From Saccostrea cucullata (lineage: Eukaryota): a DNA stretch of 64,000 bases. The DNA lies in contig NW_026935501.1 in assembly GCF_032062105.1 (NCBI RefSeq), positions 1-64,000 on the forward strand. Direction: 5' to 3'. Below the pieces are notes generated by a model. The model made no database searches. It saw only the letters and a list, made by a program, of their open reading frames with translations, and had not been told where the DNA came from. Positions 41,562-51,995 of this stretch are shown one piece after another. The translations under genes were made by a program, and so were the position numbers. Every line of letters begins with the position of its first letter. Position 1 is the first letter of the stretch.

Positions 41562-43450
41562 TGTGTGTCTCTCTGTCTGTCTGTTTGTACGCGAAAACTT
41601 TAATACTGCCCATTGCTTTTGATTTAGTGGAGCTATGACTATCATATTTCACATGTGTATTTTTGTGACAAGACCTTTCCTAGGGTACCACATAACTTGA
41701 CATTTTGACTTGGCCTATGAGTTTGACCCTGTTTTACATAAAAATCCAAACTTTTACTTTGGCCAAATCATTTGAACAATGGATACCAGGGTTGTTATAA
41801 TTTACATATAATTCACATATATATTTTGTTAAGAGACCTTTCATTGGATACCAACAACTTTGACCTTGGAGATTTTAGTACTTGTGAAAAAACTTTAACC
41901 TTGGCCATAACTTTTGAACGGTAAGGCCTAGGGCTTTCATATTTCACCTAATTGATCCTTGTGACAAGAACTTTCATTTGATATTAAAATTCTTGACCCT
42001 TTGACCTTGACCTTTGAGTTTGACACATTTTTACACAAAAAATCTAACTTTTACTTTGACACTAATTTTTTTCAATGGTAGATTCTAGGAATATCATATT
42101 TTAAATATCAAGTCTTCGTGACAATAGCTTCCTATTGAAACCAACAATTTAAACCTTTTGACCTTAGAAATTACACATTTATAAGAAAACTTTACCTGGC
42201 CATAACATTCGAATTATAAGATTTAGGTCTTCCAAGCTTCACTTACATGTATGTAGTCATTGTGAGAAGACCTTTCGTTAGATTTCAACACTTTTAACAC
42301 TTTGACTTTGACCTTGGTTTTTGACCTACTTTTTACAAACAAATCGGAGTTTATCCTACCTTTAAAAACGCTTACCTTGGCCGTTACCTTTGAACAGGTT
42401 GTGCAAGGGTTTTCTATGTCATATTTGTATTTTTTGAAAAGGCCTTACTTTTTGTACCAACATATGTGATCTGCATTTGAGAAACCTTAACCTTCGCTAT
42501 GTTGCCATACGGGGGTATCAAAGTTTCACAAACACATCTTGTTATTGCATGTTGTTGTTTCTTGGAAGGATTTAAGACGTAAACCCCATACACCTGGGTA
42601 TATACGGAAACAATTAATTCATAACATGCTTTCATTTTTATCAAATGCATACAATAACAAAAATATTTTTGTCAAATTTCTCTACAATGTAATTGATTAA
42701 AAACTTGATACTCTTTAATCAAGAAATATGTAGATTATATTTTAACACCTTTGATAAAAAAGTTATTTAGATTTTTTTTTGCTTTCTACAAATCTGATTT
42801 TAAACTTAAAAAAAACTGCACATTAAATCTGGAAAATATATTTCTGCAGTGTATCAAAATTGTTTATTTCTAATTTCACCCATAAACATTATATTCCTAT
42901 GTTATTCAAATTGAAATAAAGTTTGGCCTAGGTTTGCTTTTGCTCGTTAGAAAATATTCTATTGTTACACATATATACCACGACGCAAAAAGAGAATACT
43001 TTCCCTTCAAATGTCTACTGAATTTGGATACAGCGGATCAAATTTTATAATTTTTAGAGCATTCAGGATGTAAAGCAACAACTCATATTGTATCGATGGT
43101 GTTTCAAATTTGAAGATTATATAATTTTTTTCTTGTCCTTTTCTGCAGAAGTTGATCTCAACGGTTCATTTGCATTTCGTGCCAATGTTTTGACATTTGA
43201 CGACAATGAAAGACTCATTTTTGATAATTGGACACCAGTGACGTATCAGAACTGGAATCCTAACGATGAGGGCGAGACAGCAGTTGACCCAATCTTTGGC
43301 CTCCTTTTGACTTATCATAACGACGGCAGGTGGCGCTGGGTGACTGAGAGAAACTACACGTACTATACAGGAGAAGACGGACTAAAACTTCCCTTTATTT
43401 GTGAGGATTCTCCATTTTATTTGGAGCATGAAGAGTGTTCTGTTACATAA
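36705..43450 (+). CDS. Spliced gene (8 coding exons): signal peptide + C-type lectin-like domain split by a PRDM9/PRDM7-like PR/SET domain, about 387 aa
   Basis: Exons with AG/GT boundaries and compatible phases: 36705-36759 (MSRGLPIVAVSLLCWIVT), 37738-37965 (CTLD N-half), 38317-into gap (KMNFFNI..; 38 nt in the paralog), 39494-39536 (IAQREWDIEAEKKN), 40014-40078 (FCADFIKHG..NAK), 40449-40643 and 41097-41334 (PR/SET), 43149-43450 (CTLD C-half, TAA). No stops in the visible exons. All eight exons recur in the same order at 3656-10688. Confidence 0.85.
37214..37482 (-). mobile_element. SINE-like retroposon in intron 1 (Deu/Nin-like core, non-tRNA head)
   Basis: 13-bp TSD GCAAATTGCCTGA (37201-37213, 37483-37495), (AATC)n tail, core cggatgagaccgtataaaccgaggccccgtgtc shared with the other SINEs; absent from the pseudogene intron. 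Confidence 0.9.
37738..37965 (+). CDS. Exon 2, N-terminal half of the C-type lectin-like domain
   Basis: RCSPGFVNVSGWCFSFHKEPTSMLNSSDFCHQQGAHMVVLDSEEKEKVLTKYIE fits the long-form CTLD pattern CP.GW...CY.F...FC...GAHL..I.S.EE; cag| acceptor, |gtaag donor, phase 1-1. Confidence 0.88.
38337..38470. other. Assembly gap (134 N)
   Basis: N run. The equivalent position in the paralog holds the end of exon 3 and a (GA)n tract (5161-5218). Confidence 0.99.
38675..39493 (+). repeat. 20-bp minisatellite (ACAGGAACTCTATTACATTA)n in intron 3
   Basis: About 40 units ending at the exon 4 acceptor. Confidence 0.93.
40449..40643 (+). CDS. Exon 6, N-terminal part of the PR/SET domain
   Basis: RANLTTPAGFAIKSSSLPGAGMGAWAETFVPKFTILGVYEG...YSWQ parallels PRDM9 [25 protein letters not shown]...FGPYEG...YSW; 195 nt, phase 0-0. 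Confidence 0.9.
41097..41334 (+). CDS. Exon 7, C-terminal part of the PR/SET domain
   Basis: IDAEDPACSNWLRFVNSPAKYQQENV...[28 protein letters not shown] contains the PR-domain motifs NW.R.VN, IFY and ELLVWYG..Y; phase 0-1. Confidence 0.93.
41436..42543 (+). mobile_element. Helentron/HINE (pearl-like) non-autonomous element in intron 7
   Basis: T-rich start ttttatgccc, GTCT/CT microsatellite, diverged internal repeats rich in tgacctt/ccttggccataact, end gggggtatc..tttcacaaacacatcttgtt; absent from the pseudogene intron. Confidence 0.75.
43149..43450 (+). CDS. Exon 8, C-terminal half of the C-type lectin-like domain
   Basis: FDNWTPVTYQNWNPN...DGRW...KLPFICE fits the CTLD pattern W.DG.P..Y.NW...G.W...LPFICE; ctgcag| acceptor in phase 1; TAA at 43448-43450. 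Confidence 0.88.
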
Positions 43451-43472
43451 TGATTCATTCTCTTTTAATTAA

Positions 43473-43478
43473 AATAAA
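43473..43478 (+). promoter_or_regulatory. Putative polyadenylation signal of the CTLD-PR/SET gene
   Basis: AATAAA 22 nt after the stop; present at the equivalent place after both paralogous last exons. Confidence 0.5.
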
Positions 43479-43567
43479 CATTTGCAACCATTATCTTTTG
43501 TTATATAATTTCATTAAGCATGGTGTATAAAGTTCTAAATCATTAAATGGAGTATTCTTAAGTTAAC

Positions 43568-43695
43568 GTATATTCGTCTCCTCGGAAGTCATCTAGATTT
43601 ATCCTCGGATCGTATATTCCTCTCCTCGGAAGAGATCTAGATTTATCCTCGGATTGTATATTCGTCTCCTCGGAAGAGATCTAGGTTTATCCTCA
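43568..43695 (+). repeat. 44-bp tandem repeat downstream of exon 8 (3 units; 2 units at 10807-10890)
   Basis: Unit tatattcgtctcctcggaagagatctagatttatcctcggatcg. Confidence 0.8.
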
Positions 43696-45901
43696 TGTTT
43701 TAAATAAACTATGAATAGCATGTACACAAAGACAGACAGTGCATTATATTGTTTCGTTATTTTCCCAAGGAAACTGACTGGGATCTCCTCTCACCATACA
43801 TACAAACATTTTAGCACAAAGTGTTGTTTTTAAAATTTCTATCCGTAATCCAAAAAATAAGGGGCAAATATATTTTCCTAGGTTAGTCGGTCCAGTTGTC
43901 TGTTTGTTTTTTATTTTTTTTTTATCTTTTTCCTGATTTATCTGTAAGTGGTAAATCAATTCGCCCTGACTACAGCCTTTAATTGGTTTGAGCAATGAAT
44001 TTCATATTTCACAGGTTTTATTTCTTTATTTTGACGGTCAATTTGGAATTTGGAATTTGAGCCTTGGTCATATGAACTATGGCTTTAATATTTCACTGGT
44101 GTATTCAACGTGTAAAAACTTTTCCTAGGGTAAAAGTATTTTTGACTTTGATCTTTATGTTTGACTCACTTTTAAAGAAATTTTCAAAATATATTCTTAG
44201 CCATAGCTACTACACAGTTAAATCAAGTGATATCATACTCCTCACGCTTATATTTTGATAAGACCTTCTCTTGAGTACAAACAGTAATGACCTTTAACCT
44301 TGATCTTATGGATTTGACCTACTTTTCAAAAACGTAAACTTTGGTCGTATTTACTGAATATTTTGTGCTAGGGGTTAACTATTTTACGGGTTCATTTCTT
44401 GTGGTAAGAGCTTCTCTTGAATACCAATATTTTCTTTTTATATTTTTATCCTTTTATTTGGACATCAGACTTTGACCACCTTTTGAAAAAACTTTGGTGA
44501 TAACTTTTGAATGGTTGATTTCGTGACTTTTATATTTCACCTGTGTATTCTTTCTGAAATTCTTTTGGGCATCATTAATATTGACTCCTTGACCTTGTCC
44601 AGTTTGACCTACTTTTGAAAATCTCTAACTTTGGTCATAATTACTGAACTGTTGCTGCTTATATGGTTTTTATTTTAGAAGGTAGACTCATTGTGAGGAA
44701 CGTTTCTTTTGGTACCAAAACTACTTTTATATTGACCTTGGTGTTTGACCTGCAAACGACAACATTTATCATAAGCCTCTTTGTTTCACAAACTTTTCTT
44801 GAATTTTTATCATTAGCTCCTAAAACTTTTCCTATTGATTTAATAACAAATTTCAAGTTGTAGTCTATCAAATTTTTGGATATACTAGTATATAAACCAT
44901 CGTATACACATTGCATAAAGGAGAATGACTTGTCACACATATTGAATCATTTTTTAAAGATGTAGTCTCATAATTACAAAAGTTTTAGCAAACATATTGA
45001 TTAATGTTAGCTTGCTTTTTATTTGCAAAAGCAGTTGTAAATATAAGATAACATCTTTCAAAAAATAATGAATCGGTGCTCATTTTTTTCTAACTCCTTG
45101 TCTTGTTTTGCAAATTTGATTTTTTTATTTAAATGATCTCAAATTTTGCTTTTAAGATTTGTGACGTCAAAATAAAACGCTTATTACAAATGTAACCTTT
45201 TAATCCCCGATCTGTGTTAGAGTGTTTTGAAATAAAAAAAAAAATACAGTTGATTTAAAAAAAAAATATCTTAACATCTTTATTACAATGAAACTTGTTT
45301 TATCCGACATGCACGGGGAACAGATTAAAAATATATGTGTTGGAATAAACAAGATGTAGTATTGCAGCGTGTAAAGATCATTGAGATAATTATAAATGAC
45401 AAATGAAATTAAATGGCTGAAATCACAGTAAAGAGTATTGCATGTGTCGGATTAAACAGGTTCCACTGTAATAGGTTTAACAATAAAGTAATCTTCATCC
45501 TAATTCTCCGCCCAGTTATCTCCATTTATCAGTGTTTGGAAAAAAAGAACGAAATTTTTCTATTTTCAAATTTATTACAACACATATAAAATACATCTTT
45601 TACTGAATACATCCAGTATCGCTTTACAGAGCCGTTCAACCACCTTCTTTTACTGTTTGTTACTTGATGTTAAATATTAAAAAAAAAAGAACTCAGCGAT
45701 AAAAATTAATTTAAAATCGTCTCTTGAGGGTTTTCATAATCCATGGATGATCTTTCGTCTGTTAAAAAAAAATAAATTAATACTTCACAGATAAATGTAT
45801 GATAACATATTTTTTTTTATTAAAAACAACTTTTATTACTGAAATTTTCAGAGTAATACAAAAAGAAAAAAAAATGGATATTAAGATGTAATGATGTTTA
45901 C

Positions 45902-48857
45902 CTAGTTCCGTCTGATCATCATGGTGGTCCCCTTCACTGACGTCCCACTCGTTACTGTGGTATACCATGGGTAGGACCAGTCTCCCGGGGACCATTGACC
46001 GTTAAGGAAGGCTCGGTTACAGTAGTTGAACCACCAGCCTCCTCTAATGTTACTGCCAGCAGCACAGTTACCTCCACTATGTCTGTCGTTATCTCTGTCT
46101 GGGGTACTGAAGTACATCCCAGACAGATCGAGGTGAGAATAACCGGTGTCCAACATACTGTCTCCTGTAGAATTAAAAAAGAAAAATATACATGGACACT
46201 TGTTTAAAATAGATCAGTAGAGTTATATCCACTATACTCGTCGTGACCTCTGTCTGGGTGGAGAAGAATATCACAGACAGATCGTAGTAAAATAAACCTG
46301 TATTTAACATACAGTTCCCTGTAAAATCAATCAAAAAGAATCACAAAGTTAATTGATTTATATATTTTTAATCTAATTGTCAATAATAATACTGAGGTAC
46401 TTCTAAGATAGACGGCTTTAGGTGCTGGGTAGAGCGATAATATTTATTTAGTTCAACCGTAGAATCCCTGGTGTCTATCATACTGGCATCTGCAGAATTA
46501 GAGAAAATATATAACAGAGATAATAATTATTAATTTACATCAAATTAATCTTAATACTGAAGTACGTCTGAAATACATTGTTTAACGTGTTGATTCCTGT
46601 ACAGAGAGATAAAAATAATACAAGACAACAAAACACTACACAATTCACATAGCATCCTTTCTAGTGTAACAATAAACAACAGACGTGTTACACTTTTTAA
46701 GCTTGGTATAATAGGGGGGTGGGTAAAGGTCATTTGAAATTTTAGAAAATATGAAAAAATGAAATTTTAATATTTGTCCGAGAACGTGCCTTCAAACATG
46801 TATAACATGCAATACTAAGTAAATCATAAATAACGAGATAAGATATGGTGTATCTGTGAATGTTTTAAGATGGTAGATTTCCTATTAAATTAATGTAAAT
46901 GTGAAACGCGTTGAGGTCTTTTGAATTTGGCTTTTTAAGCTTTTTTAATTTGAATATTTATCCAATCAAAATTTTTTTATCATCAAATTTTTGCAAACCT
47001 TTTTGACATTTGAGATTAATGACGCACTGTAAACTTCCTAATCCGTAGCAGTAAAAAATGTGAATCATTGAAAATCAGATTATTTAATCATATTCTGTAA
47101 ACTTTTTCCGTATCAGTTAAAATGTGAATTATCAAAAATCAGGAAACCCAAGCTGAATAACAATGTTGAACAAATGTAATTATTGGATTTAATTGTTTAA
47201 AAAAAAAATACATAATTTTCCTTGTACATAAAATGTATAATTAGAAATTTTATCTGCTTGACAATAACAAATTCAATATCTGCTGAATATGAATTGTATC
47301 TGCAAATGATATTCTGAAATATTAAACATGTTTAATTAGCGTGGAATCAAAAAGTATACATAATATCAGAAAAAAACACATCTTTCTCTTTTTTCAAGAA
47401 CTTTATAATCTTTCAATACAGAAAAGAATATTATGATAATATACGTAATTTGAATCTAATTTTAAGAACTTAACATGAATACACTTACCTAAAGTTCCCT
47501 GTGGCAGGTCCTGCAAGAAAGAGTTGATATTTTCCTGCTTCATTGGAGACAGAAAATCGATCGTACATTTCATACAGCGTTGTACCATTCTGGAGAGTGA
47601 TGGACACATACAGGGATGAGGTGTTTTCTTTTGTTAATTTATGGATTACGTCATTTCCTGTATTAAGATATATTTGAAATCATCTGAAAAGTTCATCGAA
47701 TACAATTAATTCTTTTTAAATCTATATGAATCTACCGTAATGAAAAATCAAATTATTTTCCATAGCTGTAGACAATATTGCTAAATTTGGTCTCATTAGA
47801 ATATGCCGCTAAATGATATTCTTCTTTTCTATTTTTTTATTATTTGAAATATCAATTAAACACGATATCTGAATATCATAGAACACACATTAACTGGTCT
47901 TAACTTTAATCTTTTTACGCATTATAATTTTTTTTGCCACAAGAATCAATTTTTTTTTATCTTAAAACTTTGAAGGAATAAAAAGTTCTTATTTGAAACC
48001 GATTTACACTTACCAATCCAGACGTTCCGTTCTGGTGAACCAAAGCCATTCTTATATTCCGCCCAGTTCCTGTCAAAGGTTACGGATCCGTCTAAGCGTT
48101 TCTGAATTGCCTGTAAAAATTAACATGCGTAACATTTCAATTGATTGCTTCGAACATTCGTAGGATCCATTTTTTATGATATAAACTACAATACAAGCCT
48201 ACAATCCTTAAAACCAACGAAACAAGGTGTGTTATATTAAGTACTTTTAATTATAAAATTAAAAACCTACCGTCCATCCACCGCCCATTGTGGTCATATC
48301 GCAGTAGATACTTATTGGAATGGTTAATGTTCTGTAGGGGTATATATCATACACCCCTGTGATGGTTGTACCGTTTTCTTGAAGATCCTTGCAATCTTTG
48401 GGCATGCTAGAAAAATCTGGAAACAAAAAAAAAAAAACTGTTCCTCATTATCTAAAAAAAAAACAAAAAAAAAAATACAGGAAACTTGATAAAAAAATCC
48501 TGTCCCCTCGAGAAGGACCTAAAAAATCAAAGAAGCTAAGAGAATTAAAAAAAAACAAATATACATACCGTTATCCGAGTAGTATCTCCAGCCGGCCTCC
48601 TCAGACGTACCAGACGTTAGACTTTTCTTGTGGGTACGGCATTTCTTCATTTTAGGATTAAAACCAAAAAAGACGCACTCCCTTTGACACATTGCGGCGC
48701 ACTCAGTTAACGATTGAGCATTATGTTCACCTAGAAGGTCATTGTCGGACTTCTTATTATTAAAGTCAAGTTTCGCTGCATATTTTTGAGAAATAATGGT
48801 AGCTTTAGACAAAGCTAAGAAGCCTACAATTAAAGTGATAACCCACTGATTGCTCAT
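45902..48857 (-). CDS. Fibrinogen-related protein (signal peptide + PAN/Apple-like + FBG domain), 5 exons, with a +1 frameshift at the end of exon 4
   Basis: Exons 48857-48569 (MSNQWVITLIVGFLALSKA..ECAAMC..C..FGFN..KC), 48416-48271 (PKDC..GVYDI..YCDMTTMGGGWT), 48110-48014 (AIQKRLDGSVTFDRNWAEYKNGFG..WIG), 47657-47489 (NDVIHKLT..YDRFSVSNEAGKYQL), 46164-45902 (GDSM..FSTPDRDND..NCA..GGWWFNYC..LNG..MMIR). Total 964 nt, one base more than an intact frame. Confidence 0.88.
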
Positions 48858-49986
48858 TTTATTTGTTGCGCAAAAATCGGCCGCGTTCTAGTGAATCTGT
48901 GAAATTCTGCTAAATGGTCTTTCAACAGCCAGATATAAATATCGTACCATAATCAATGTCTGAAAAGTGATTGGCTAACTGTTACGTACGGGGGTTGTCC
49001 CAAAAAGTCGTAGACAATGTTTATAATTTTTTAATCATGCAACCAATACTTACCAAATTTTCCGAAGACATAATTTAGTCAATGTTCTTTAAAATTGTGA
49101 ATTTTGAAATACATATCTTTCGTATTTATAATATTAGGACGATTTATGTGAAGGCCGATAAGGCCTGTCGGCGCACGGTCAAAATTCGAAATAATTTACG
49201 CATATAACTATTACATTTACTTTTATTTCTTTAGTACTATATAATACATTGAACTCAAATTTAAATCACTGAGACCAGAATAAAAATATTAATAGTATGT
49301 CAAAATTTCATATAAATATCACTAGAAACATACAATTGGTTTCATGATTTTCACAGTATCGTTGAAATTGAGTTTGATGAAAATGACGTCGTCAAACACG
49401 TAGTCGGCGCACGGAGATGTAATTAATTGTGTTGGATATGGTTAATGTACACCTGAGACGGGAACAAATAGTATAGAAGTGACACTACACACCAGATTCT
49501 TATAAAGAAGTTATTTTTAAACTGCACGATATTCAATGAGAGTTTTTTTCTTCTGTACCAAAAATATTTAATTGCGGTATGTAAGAAGTAGAGTACTGTT
49601 TAATAAACGCAGACAATTTGGGAAAATCTGGACCGCAAACGACGTCAAACAATTTGTATTCTGTGCTGCCTACAGTAAGGTGAACTTTCGACTATATTTT
49701 GACTGCAATTTGAATCTGCTTTAAAGAAAAAACAAGTAAAAAACAAACGGACAGTCGTGAATTAAAGTATGTCCGTTAATCAAGACACTATGTGGTCTAT
49801 CACTTAAAAAAAATTATTGAATGTTAATACCCGCTAGTGAAGCAGACAAAGAGAGCATAACGTTATAAGACACGTAATTTACGCTTGCTTTCCTGTGCCG
49901 GTGTACACTTATGTTCTTTATAGAAACAAACATACTTTGTACAAACAAAGACATATTGGGTACATGTAGGCATGACGTCACGTTTT

Positions 49987-50723
49987 CTCATCCAATAGTC
50001 ACTCCCACCGTGTGCTCCTTGTCATCCAACGGTCACTCCCACCGTGTGTTCCTTGTCATCCAACAGTCACTCCCACCGTGTGTTCCTTGTCATCCAACGG
50101 TCACTCCCACCGTGTGTTCCTTGTCATCCAACGGTCAGTCCCACGTGTGTTCCTTGTCATCCAACGGTCACTCCCACCGTGTGTTCCTTGTCATCCAACG
50201 GTCAGTCCCACCGCGTGTTCCTTGCCATCCAACGGTCAGTCCCACCGCGTGTTCCTTGTCATCCAACGGTCAGTCCCACGTGTGTTCCTTGTCATCCAAT
50301 GGTCACTCCCCCCGTGTGTTCCTTGTCATCCAACGGTCAGTCCCACCGCGTGTTCCTTTGCCATCCAACGGTCAACGTGTGTTCCGGTCACTCCCCCCGT
50401 GTGTTCCTTGTCCTTGCCATCCAACGGTCAGTACCGCGTGTTCCTTGTCATCCAACGGTCAGTCCCACGTGTGTTCCTTGTCATCCAATGGTCACTCACA
50501 CCGTGTGTTCCTTGTCATCCAATGGTCACTCCCACCGTGTGTTCCTTGTCATCCAATAGTCACTCCCACCGTGTGTTCCTTTTGTCATCCAATGGTCACT
50601 CCCACCGTGTGTTCCTTGTCATCCAATGGTCACTCCCACCGTGTGTTCCTTGTCATCCAACGGTCACTCCCACCGTGTGTTCCTTGTCATCCAACAGTCA
50701 CTCCGACCGTGTGTTCCTTGTCA
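49987..50723 (+). repeat. 34-bp minisatellite (CATCCAACGGTCACTCCCACCGTGTGTTCCTTGT)n
   Basis: About 22 head-to-tail units, no unique spacers. Confidence 0.95.
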
Positions 50724-50759
50724 TAATCGAGCAAAAGAATTAAAAAACAAAGAGAAAAA

Positions 50760-51609
50760 AATCATAATGGTAACAATTCAGTGTGATACAATCATAATGA
50801 CGTAACAATTCAGTGTGATACAATCATAATGACGTAACAATTCAGTGTGATACAGTCATAATGGCCTAACAATTCAGTGTGATACAATCATAATGACGTA
50901 ACAATTCAGTGTGATACAATTATAATGACCTAACAATTCAGTGTGATACAATCATAATGGCCTAACAATTCAGTGTGATACAATCATAATGGCCTAACAA
51001 TTCAAGGTGATACAATATTAATGACGTAACAATTCAGTGTGATACAATCATAATGGATTAACAATTCAGTGTGATACAATCATAATGGCCTAACAATTCA
51101 GTGTGATACAATCATAATGGCTTAACAATTCAGTGTGATACAATCATAATGGCCTAACAATTCAGTGTGATACAATCATAATGACGTAACAATTCAGTGT
51201 GATACAATCATAATGACCTAACAATTCAGTGTGATACAATCATAATGACCTAACAATTCTGTGTGATACAATCATAATGGCCTAACAATTCAGTGTGATA
51301 TAATCATGATGGCCTAACAATTCAGTGTGGTACAATCATAATGACCGAACAATTCAGTGTGATACAATCATAATGACCTAACAATTCAGTGGGATACAAT
51401 CATAATGACCTAACAATTCAGTGTGATACAATCATAATGTCCTAACAAATCAGAGACATACAATCATAATGGCCTAACAATTCAGTGTGATACAATTATA
51501 ATGACCTAACAATTCAGTGAGATACAATCATAATGGCCTAACAATTCAGTGAGATACAATCATAATGGCCTAACAATTCAGTGTGATACAATCATAATGG
51601 CCTAACAAT
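50760..51609 (+). repeat. 32-bp minisatellite (AACAATTCAGTGTGATACAATCATAATGACCT)n
   Basis: About 26 head-to-tail units. Confidence 0.95.
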
Positions 51610-51799
51610 ATGTATATAAATGTCAGTTAACATTGGACCTAATCATAATTTATATTTTATGACAGGGTCATTGTTAGAAACACAAAATTTACGAAATCTT
51701 CACTTTAAGCGAGCTATTGAATTATTTGATAAAGGAACATATTTCCAGTAGCTAGCCTCGTTTGAGAAGCTGGGAAGAACAGTTCTCTTAGGAGTGGAT

Positions 51800-51995
51800 C
51801 TTAAGTAAACAAATTGGGTGTGATCTTAAAACCTTCAGTAAAAAAAAATCGGGTGTAATGTTAAATATTTCACTAAACAAGTCGGGTGTAATGTTAAATC
51901 CTTCAGTAAAACAAATCGGGTGTAATCTTAAAGCCTTCACAAAACAAGTCGGGTGTAATGTTAAAGCCTTCAGTAAACAAAGTAATCTTAAAGTA
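51800..51995 (+). repeat. Short tandem array, about 35-bp unit (AAACAAATCGGGTGTAATGTTAAAGCCTTCAGTA)
   Basis: About 5 units. Confidence 0.8.

Noticed and set aside
49911-50743. Long Cys/His/Pro-rich ORFs (271, 243, 171 aa) that could be taken for the missing zinc-finger array
   Set aside because: They are all three frames of a stop-poor 34-bp minisatellite. The unit is not a multiple of 3 and there is no C2H2 spacing.
49987-51609. CRISPR-like regular repeats
   Set aside because: Head-to-tail units without unique spacers, no cas genes, eukaryotic context.
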